Origin: Squalus acanthias
Taxonomy: Eukaryota
Assembly: GCA_030390025.1 (NCBI GenBank)
Contig: CM059433.1
Coordinates: 22,756,001-22,816,000, forward strand
Reading direction: 5' to 3'
DNA length: 60,000 bases
Below the pieces are notes generated by a model. The model searched no databases and was not told the DNA's origin. It saw nothing but the letters and a program-made list of their open reading frames with translations. Positions 47,807 through 57,181 of the stretch are shown here, piece after piece. The position numbers and the translations under genes are program-made. Numbering within the stretch: position 1 is the first letter of the stretch; the number at the start of each line of letters is the position of its first letter.

Positions 47807-49547
47807 TGTAAATTGTCAGACTGCTTGTCCGACATCCAGTACTGGAAGAGCAGAAATTTTCTCCAATTAAATATTGGGAAGACCAAAGCCATTGTTTTCG
47901 TTCCCCGCCACAAACTCCGTTCCCTCGCCACCAACTCCACAGGGGTGATGGGTGAATGGGACTTGGTGCGATTTAGGACACAGGCAGCCAAGTTTTGGAT
48001 TTTCGCAACCTTGGTGTCATATGAAATGAGCTTTCGACCACATATCCACGGCATAATTAAGACCGCCTATTTCCACCTCCATAACATTGCCCGTCTCCAC
48101 CCCTGCCTCAGCTCATCCGCTGCTGAAACCCTCATCCATGCCTTTGTTACCTCTAGACTTGACTATTCCAACGCACTCCTGGCTGGCCTCCCACATTCTA
48201 TCCTACGTAAACTTGAGGTCATCCAAAACACGGCTGCCCGTGTCCTAACTTACACCAAGTCCCGTTCACCCATCACCCCTGTACTCACTGACCTACATTG
48301 GCTCCTGGTTAAGCAATGCCTCGATTTCAAAATTCTCATCCTTGTTTTCAAATCCCTCCATGGCCTCGCCCCTCCCTATCTCTGTAATCTCCTTCAGCCC
48401 CATAACCCCTGAGATATCTGCACTCCTGATTATAATCGCTCAACCATTGGTGGCCGTGCCTTCTGTTGCCTAGGCCCTAAGCTCTGGAATTCCCTGCCTA
48501 AACCTCTCCACCTCTCTACCTCTCTTTCCTCCTTTAAGATGCTCCTTAAAACCTACCTCTTTGACCAAGCTTTTGGTCACCTGCCCTAATTTCTTATGTG
48601 GCTCGGTGTCAAATTTTTGTCTTATAATACTGCTGTGAAGCACCTTTGGACATTTTACTACGTTAAAGGCGCTATATAAATACAAGTTGTTGTTATTGTT
48701 GTTGGTAAGTCCACATTTTGAGATATTGGGTTAAATTTTGGGCACCAAGGACAATGAGGAGGGCGAGTACTCGGTTATTGTCAGTCACAGGGGATGTCAT
48801 TTGTGGCATTGATTAGGGTCATTTCAGTGCAATGGCAATGGAAAGATTGGAAAGATTGAAACAGGGAATTGTGGGAAAGATGCACACGGATTTGGAAGAT
48901 GGCAACACGTTCACTGACGAGTTTCAGGAAGCCTGGAAAACCCATGGACCCGACGTTAAAGTCGAAAATGTGTGTTAATATTGCTCTAATTGAGCAATTA
49001 ACATATGGCAATTGACAACCCGCCTCTCCCGAGGAGATTGCGGGCACGGCAGCCTAACCTGCTCGAGTGAAATGTGGAAGTTGGTGGGTTGGAGCCAGCT
49101 TCACGACGCGCTGTCAATTTCACCGGTTTTAACCCCCCCACCCGCACCCAAACCCCCGCAACTCCTGCAGATTACAATTCAACCCTTTGTGTAAAGAAGA
49201 AGTCACCTGGCGTTCATTTCTGGCATGCTTAAGAAAACAAAGGAGAAACTAGATTGTCCAAACTATTAAATGATTGATACTTTTAATTCACTTCAAAGAA
49301 CAGTCACCAAATCTTTCACTATGAACAGAAAATGCTGGAAATACTCAGCAGGTCAGGCCAGGCAGTAGAGTGTTTCCAGCAGTTTCTGTTTATATTTCAG
49401 ATTTCCAGCATCTGCAGTATTTTGCCTTTGTATCAAATCTTTCAATGTCTGATTCAACCATACTTAATATTGGCAACATTTTTGGGCATCCCACTTGGAA
49501 CTTTATCATTCAGGAGAAATTACTAGAAACAGCACTAAAGATCTGCA

Positions 49548-49970
49548 AGTGTCAGCTTGGCTAAGTTGGTAGCACTCTTGTTGCTAAATCAGGAGGTTGT
49601 GAGTTCAAGCTCTGCTCTGTATCTGAGCAAATAATCTAAACCAATGCTTCATTGAGGGAAGCCTTGTTGGAGATGTTGTCGTTTGGTTGTTACATGAAAC
49701 TGAGACCCTGCCTGCCTATTCAGGTGAACATAAAGCATCCAATGGCGCTGTTCGAAGAAGAGCTGGAAGTTCTCTCGGTATCTTAGTCAGCATTCCTCCC
49801 ACAAGCAATATGACCAAAAAAAAACAGATTTATTGATCATGCGTCTCATTTTCTGTTTGTGAAATCTTGCTGCACCATTTTCCTGAGTAACAGTAGTGAC
49901 TATAAGTCATCGACTGTGAAGTGCTTTGAAATACCCTGAGGATGTGATAAGGTCCGATCTCTTTCTTTAG
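49548..49970 (+). mobile_element. Old Deu-domain SINE
   Basis: Diverged tRNA head (TGGCTAAGTTGG...GAGTTCAAGC) and Deu core. Confidence 0.75.
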
Positions 49971-50304
49971 CATTATAATTGTATAGCGAATAATATTCAT
50001 ATCAACAGAGAATTATTCTGAAATAAGTTAGATATCTTATGGCCATATTAGTTTAGCATACAGACGACAATTAAAGCACCAATGATAATGTTTGTTGATG
50101 CTGTGTTCAAAAGGGCATAGGGTAGAATAATCTGAAAACATAACCAGTGAAAACCAGCTCCTAGCCACAGTTTGCAAGCCTGCAAATGTATTTTGTAAAG
50201 TAGAAATAAAGAACCTACAGGGTAGAAAAGAAAACACCGAGACTATTGTAAATACAAGCAATCACTAAATATTAACGGATAGGGAAATAGGATGAGATTA
50301 GATA

Positions 50305-50815
50305 GCTCTGGGTAGTGCCAAAGTTACGGTACTGGACGAGCACCCCACAGCTAATGAGTTCAAATTCTACAATGGCAAGGTGTGAATTCAATAACTCTGG
50401 TATATTGTGGGTTCATGGCAATGAAAGCTGCTGGATTGTTGATAAAAACACAATTGGTTCACTAATGCTGTTCAGGGAATGGGATCTGTCATCTTGCCTG
50501 GTCTGGCCGACATGTGACTCCAGTCCACACTATGCGGGTAATTTTCAACTTTGCCACCTGAAATCAATGGACCAAAAAAATCGAGCGGGTTCTACAAGGG
50601 CCGGACAATCTGTTCCGCCAGGTTACAGCCCAGGCGGCACAATTGAAAACGACCCCCTACGTGGTTGACTCTTAATACTCGTTGACGTGTCCCGGCAAGC
50701 CACTCGGTTCTTCTGCAGCAGTTCAAGGTGGCCCGCCAGCACATTCTCAGGGCAACTGGGGACAGACAGTAAATGCAGCCTTACCAGCATTGCCCACATC
50801 CCGTGAACAAAAAAA
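50305..50815 (+). mobile_element. Decayed SINE sharing head, body and tail with the 3228-6450 LINE; contains a short MITE (~50534-50657)
   Basis: TGGTTCACTAATG...GTCTGGCC...GACTCCAG and GCAAGCCACTC match 3420-3535; CTGCAGCAGTTCAAG...GCCCACATCCCGTGAA matches the LINE 3' end. Confidence 0.7.
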
Positions 50816-51654
50816 GGAGAAAAAACATGCTGAGCTGATGTTGAAATTTCTACGATTACACATCTGAAGATGTTTCGTTGGATTGTTTGCCACATAATGC
50901 GATACAAAATAACAATCAACCCAAACGTGGGGGGACAATTGAGACCCTCGCAGCAGTCGGGCAATGTAAAATGTGCTCTGCTGACCTGTGAAGAACCTGC
51001 TGTGGAGCAGTGCGGCAGTATAACTAGATTCAAAATTGGAAATACTCTATTCTCCAGTATCAGCCATGCTCACCCATCTCAAAAATAAATCTGAACAAAA
51101 AGATCTAACAAGCAGAATTTATGCCTTGCCATAAGATTCAGGAACCTAATTTTATCACTGGCATCTCGTGAATAATACTCATCCAATGCGGGGCTTCAGC
51201 TGTCAAGAGATGGGAATGTAATCATTTGACACAAATTGCAAACAGTTAATTTATCCAGTTCACGCTGATGTGCACTGTCTAGATATGCATGATGCACAGC
51301 ATCTTAATACTTCTGGAAGATGCCAACTGAGCTACAGATGCAGTTACAAAATGTAATTTAGGAACAGATTGCCAGTTGTAATCGCAGTCTCAGGTATGTA
51401 TCTTTAATTGACTGTGGCCAGAATTGGAATTTAAAATAATTAGAATTATTCCAATGTTATGAATTAAATTGAATGCAGTATCAAATTAAATTGCGATTTT
51501 TGTTAAAATATGGAAATGTTCAGACTAATTACTTGTGGCTATAAATCAAGGCAATGAAAAGAAACATAGCAAATGCTGGAAATCTTCAAGAAAAAAACTG
51601 GAAAATATCGGAAAGGTAAAGCAGAGCTGTCGGCACCTGAAAAGAGAAAATCAA

Positions 51655-52910
51655 GGGGGTTATTTTGGTGAAAGGGTGAAAATGGGCGCTAAAGTGGGTG
51701 CTGTGCTAATAAGACACATCTGTTTGAAAGTCTGGTTTTAGCCCAAAGTTTTGGGGCTAATTGATGATTACCATGATTTAAACATGGCTGGGGGGGAGGG
51801 GGGGGGGCGATAAAACAGATACCTGCAGGTTTAGCACTCCAGCGCTGTTTAGAAGCAATTTTCGTGGAGCAATATATATATATATATATATATATGTAGG
51901 CTCCTCGCACCTACTTCCACTGAAGGTGTGGAGTGCACTGCCTGACACACAGGTTAACATTTTAGGATAGCTCAGGGACCGAGTGAGAGGGCGCACAGGT
52001 TCTCGGACGCGGCACTGGAGGTCCTGGTGGAGGAGGTCTAGAGGAGGAGGGATGTCCTGTATCCGCAGGGGGGGAAGGAGTCCACCTCGCCCTCCTGTCC
52101 CTCTCTCCTGCAGCAGCTGGTGCTGCTTTGCCTGACCTCATGTCCTCCTCCCATTCCTCCTCCAGACCAAGGGGGACACCTAGCAAGATACCCATGGCCA
52201 AGCACTCCCTTTCTCCTGGTGTGCAATAAGGTAGAGTAGGAGAGTACTCACTCTTTTTAGGTGAAGTCCTCAGAGAATTTCTGGAAAAAAGCTTATAAGT
52301 CTTAACAAAGTGTCCCAGAAAGTCTCCCAATGTGCTTCAGTGGTCCTCTTCAAACAACGTCTATCTCCAGCAGCAAGTGAACAGTGAAAGCTGAGCATGC
52401 CTTTAAGTAGCACTAGAAATCTAAAGCAATGACTTGTTTACTCCTGATGTGGAGATGCCGGTGTTGGACTGCGGTGGACAAATGTGAGAAGTCGCACAAC
52501 ACCAGGTTATAGTCCAACAGTTTTATTTGAAATCACAAGCTTTCGGAGCGCTGCTCCTTCGTCACCAGCTTGTGATTTCAAATAAAGCTGTTGGACTATA
52601 ACCTGGTGTTGTGCGACTTCTCACATTTGTTTACTCCTGATCAACTGGTTGCTGTTAGGAGAGGTCTCTAATTGAAGTGCTAGCCACCAAAATGGTGTGC
52701 AACCTCTTTAATGAGTGCTAACAGGCAATTTAATTGCCATTCAGACTCTTAACGATCCTCGGAGCGGCCGTTCCTAGCACAAGCTTCAACTTCCTCAGCA
52801 AGAGGCATGTTGTCCTAAAGGCGGGCTAAACGGTCGTTGCAGCTCAAGACCCCAGCTTGACCACCTCGGAGGCTCTTTAGCGCCTAAAGTATAGGGGTAA
52901 CATTGCCCCC
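51655..52910. mobile_element. Harbinger-derived non-autonomous element with a Myb/SANT remnant
   Basis: Ends GGGGGTTATTTT / AACATTGCCCCC; ~51990-52075 reads RAHRFSDAALEVLVEEV*RRRDVLYP. Confidence 0.65.
52449..52626. mobile_element. Miniature hairpin Penelope pLTR insertion
   Basis: ~63-bp inverted repeat of pLTR sequence around a hammerhead remnant; 15-bp direct repeat TTGTTTACTCCTGAT at 52434-52448 and 52627-52641. Confidence 0.88.
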
Positions 52911-55312
52911 AGGTTAATGTTTTGGGTTCAAACCCTTCGTCAAACCTTTCTCAGATGCTGATAGACCTGCCGTATAATTCCAGCAGTCATCTCTGGAAAT
53001 GTTTGCAACACTCCAATGGTGCAGTGCGCTGCCTGCACACTCCTAGATGAACCTTCAAATGCAATGTGGCCATGTCTCCTGTAAATATCCTGGGTGTGAA
53101 CGCGTCATCGATGACGTCATCAGACCTGCACCATTTCATTGGGCCGGGTAACGTGCAGGGTGGGCTTAAAAGTCCCCATTAACGCAAAGTCGATTTCAGG
53201 AGCGGGATGGAATCAACAACGGGGCCGTGACCCGCCATGGCAACCGCCCGCACCCTCCCCTCCCAGGTAAACAAAATTCCGGCCTTTATTTCTCCTTCTG
53301 TAACTGATTTGGGTTATATAGCCCTGAAAATCATTCGCTCCAAACTACATTGAGGAAGAAGATGATAAAGAGGCTGCTGTCAAAGACCTACCAACCACAA
53401 ATGTTTAACAAAATACTATTAATCTTTGTTTTATTAACAAATGCAAGTTTCAGGAAAAGTCCATGATTTGGGACCTTGAGGATAATTTAAAACAATATCA
53501 GAAAAGATACTGAAGGATCAAAGTTCTCAAAGACATTTTTGAAATAAATCTGTAAAACCGCCAGAGAATATTGTAATTTTACTTCAGTGGTTTGTTAGCC
53601 TTGAAAGGGTTTAAGAAATCCTTTTACTATGACAGATTAATGCTACTGAGAAAGCCAGGGTCAATTTGCTTGAAAGGTGCTGCACATAATATTTTGAAGT
53701 GAATGAAAGGCTCAGTTAAATTAATACGGAGCTACCCGAGACTCTCATAGCTTAACGTGCTGGTGTTGGTTAACACTAAAACTTGCATTTTACTCCGTTA
53801 GCACAGAGTAGGAATGGAAGCGTAGCTGAGGCCCATCTTTGACTTCCACCCAAAACAGGCGTGAAGTGGTGGAACGGCCGTATCACCCGGCCAAAGCCAG
53901 CAGCGGGAGGCCCAAACCGTCATCGGTCCGGGCCTCACTTGACCATTGCCAGCAAGCTGCAGGCGGCAATCGGGTGCCCTGCTTCAGCTCACTTTTTGTG
54001 GGAGGGCAGGAAATTAGCCGGCTCAGTGAGGGAGCTGGCCGGCAGGTTGGGCCTGGTGAGGGGGGGCGGGGGTGGCGAGGAGGCGATCCCGAAGGTCAGG
54101 GTGGTGGGGGGTGGGGAGAGCTTTGAACAGATCAGCAGCAGACCGGAATTTTTTCTGTGGGCCCAGGAGGAGCATTCAAAATTTTAATGTTCCTGGTCCC
54201 TTTAGTGAACCGCTGATTATGCCAATCAATATCTGGTACAAACGAGTGGAGCATGTGCCTTGCACAATCTGCCCATTAGAACCCAGAAATTGCAATCGGT
54301 GTTTTACAACTGGCATATTTAAACAGCCTCCCGTCAGAAACATGCAGGTTCACTCACATACAGGCCGGTCTGAAAATTGTATCAGGTTGGCATCGGGCAT
54401 CAACAAGGTGCCGCCCCCCCCACCCCGCAATTTTGAACTGCTGGCCACTCATTTTTCAGGCAAAAACCAGACAGCCGGCAGTTGAAAATAACTCCCAATG
54501 TCTGATGGAAACCTGAGTGTTATATATAATAAAATAGAATTAAATTGCGTTCTAATGCAAACTCTCATCAATGGGAAATCATGATTAACGTGTAGTTAAT
54601 TTGTCATTAATCAGCTTTGCTTGGAGAAATAGTTGTGTACTAACTGAAGCTGGTGTAGAAAACAGCCTCATTTTGCAACAATGTTTGAATGTCAAGCTAA
54701 TTAAATGTGTGAACTTTCAAATAAAGAGAGTTCGGACCATTTTTTGTTAACTGAAGGAGAGGCATCTTATGGAGCAGCATGTACCATTAAATAGGTCAGA
54801 GTGAAAATGAGTAGGCCCTCGCCTCTCATATAGTTTCTGTCTTTCTCTGTATCCTTCTGTATGTCTTTCTTGCTCTCTTTCTTTCTGTACTTTCCACACC
54901 TCTCACACACTTTGTTATCTTTCTCTTTTCCTCTCTATATTATGTTACTGTTTCATTTTCCTCTCGCATATCATGGCAACCTGAAGGCAGGCTCAGGGCC
55001 CCAAACCTCTAAAAGCCGCAGAAGGAATCTCATCTGTCTTGGGGACTGAGGGGCTGAAGTGTGTAAGGGATTCCTGACCCTGCGTGTCTCACAGCCTGTG
55101 AGATTCACGCGGCTCTGTGCAGCCTGTATGTCAGTGCGGGTCTAGGCCTGGTTGCCTGTTCTGGTCTCCAGCCAGTCTGGGAACACTAGACACACCTGTG
55201 AGTGGTTCGAATCACTCTCCCTTACGGTTCTAGACACTGGACTTAGATGCGAGAGCAGTAATGGAGATAAAACTCATGTAGACTTGGTTTGAATGGTACG
55301 AAATGGAAAATC

Positions 55313-55318
55313 TTTATT
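55313..55318 (-). promoter_or_regulatory. LTR polyadenylation signal AATAAA
   Basis: TTTATT on + strand, ~250 bp from the inferred LTR end. Confidence 0.55.
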
Positions 55319-56104
55319 GCATGATACTTAAAATTATGAAATACATGTCATAAGCACAGATTAATGACAGTACAATCTTACAAACAGTTATATAGTCGAT
55401 CTTAGGGAAACGAGGAACGAACGGCACAAAGTAAATAGGGGCACACATTACAAATATCCTTAATCCTTAAACCCTCCCCTATCAATATCTATCCTAAACT
55501 AGCTTCGTAGGATCTCGAGACTCATGCTCACCACTCGTGATAACTCGGAGAAATTCCGAATAGCTGATCGGATGTTTTTCACCGCAGCACCCACGTGTCG
55601 GTCAGGAGATCTCCTGGTCCCACTTGTTTACTTGCTTCTGCTGCTCCGGCTAGTAGGCTGGACCGTCTGCTGTGATGAAGATCTCTGTTGGTTGGTTTCA
55701 CGTACCAGTCTCCTTAGACACAGTCCCGTTATCGTCGATGCAATATGTTTTGTTAAAAGTTCAAAATAGAAATCTTCCTGGCGAGGAAAACTTGGCTGAT
55801 CGACCTACAGGCGCGGTCGGGATTTACTGACCGTGGCGATGGATGTGGTCTTCCTCTCTTCTCCTCTCATCTCATCTCATCTCATCTCATCTCATCTCGG
55901 GCCTTCGGTTCCGCTGCCAGTTACCAACATAGGTCTTCGTTACGCGACACGAGGTAGATCCGAGCGGATCAGAAAGTTCAACAGTCTTTTCAGAAGAGGC
56001 AACAGGCAAGCAGAAGCCCAACTACGAGTACACAGGAGCAGCCACGAGGTTACGAATCGACCGGATAAAACACAGGAGCAAGCGAGCGAATGCAAGAGCA
56101 AGCG

Positions 56105-56162
56105 AAAAAATGGACGGTTTGGAGCCTGCAATTATAGTGCAAAAATCTTCCGTTTCCCGCCC
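56105..56162 (-). promoter_or_regulatory. Putative LTR core promoter
   Basis: Minus strand GGGCGG (56157-56162), CGGAAG, TATAAT (56131-56136), then a CCATTTTTT initiator-like element ~20 nt further. Confidence 0.5.
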
Positions 56163-56737
56163 AACTATAATGTCCATTCTTTTGTTTAGGGTTTGGCGCC
56201 CAAATGTCTTGTATGGGTGATCTCCGTTCTTAATGGGTTTCGGGGCTACTCATAAATGTCTGAGTGCCTGTTAATATTTCTCCCATTGTTAAATCGGTCG
56301 GTGTTCTCCCTGGAGGGGTTTGGGGCTTCCAAGTGTCCTGTATAACTACCTGCTAACGGCTCTCTCATCGTAGAGTCGTTGGGATTTACATATTAATGTC
56401 TTTTGGATGGGCCCTTGATTACTCGGTACAATGGCTTTCCTTTGTACCTGGGAGACCGATTCCAGTATCTATGTTTATACTGCAAACCCATAATGTCTTG
56501 TGTATTATCTTCACTGTGCTGAATCGTTATCGATCTTGCACAAAATGTTTAATGGAACGCCATCTTGTCTGCCTGTTGAAAAGTCTAGAATGTTCTGTCA
56601 CGAGGTGCGGCGGCCATTTTACAGGCTGCTTGTGTCCAATTTAAACCTGCCAGCATTCTGCTGAAATAAAAGCTGTTTGAACGAAACTTTGTGTTTTCTC
56701 CTTATTAATCAAATCGCGATATATTGCGAATTCTACA

Positions 56738-56750
56738 GTCCCTCCTGTTG
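56738..56750 (-). promoter_or_regulatory. Polypurine tract (PPT)
   Basis: Minus strand CAACAGGAGGGAC directly abutting the TGTAG of the LTR. Confidence 0.75.
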
Positions 56751-57181
56751 ATGCGAATAACTCCGCTTATCGTATCAAAAATCATAGTGGTGAGCAATAT
56801 TATCTCGATTTCTCTCCGAATCCAGTAAATTAATCCCATAATTTTTAACTTAGCTAGGGTCTCTGTGTCGTCCTTATTTCCCAAGAAAATTACATTTTAC
56901 ATCACCGTAGGCATTATTTGCCCTTAAACTTACACCACTTGTTTTCCTTCCCGGCGTAACCAGGCCGATACCTCTCGTATCACCTGTATATTTGTCTTTT
57001 ATTCAGGGAAAGGAAAAAAACAAAACCCAAAAAACCAAACAATCAACACCATCACCAAAATAATCAAACCCCAACTCTTAAAACATGTCGAGTTTCCAAC
57101 GTATTTACAATCTCTGAAAATCTTATATGAGTACAAACTTCCGCGGCGCACGCGGCGAGCGGGAGTGACGCCATTTTCCGA

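Larger units (their letters stand above)
41060..47808 (-). mobile_element. Penelope-like element (Neptune-type), partial tandem with 5' inverted segment
   Basis: Two near-identical ~3.04-kb units plus an inverted 3' part; flanked by duplicated TAAATTGTCA (41050-41059, 47809-47818). Confidence 0.95.
40254..48703 (+). mobile_element. L2 LINE (40254-41059 and 47809-48703) split by the Penelope insertion
   Basis: RT motifs up to YADDTQLY on the left; resumes LSDCLSDIQYW...SRLDYSN and the L2 tail on the right. Confidence 0.92.
55062..56737 (-). mobile_element. Putative 3' LTR (~1.68 kb) of an env-encoding LTR retroelement / endogenous retrovirus
   Basis: Minus strand begins TGTAGAATT right after the PPT and ends CCCTTACA (TGTA...TACA); GC box, TATAAT and AATAAA in the expected order. 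Second LTR not in the window, so the 55062 boundary is unconfirmed. Confidence 0.75.
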
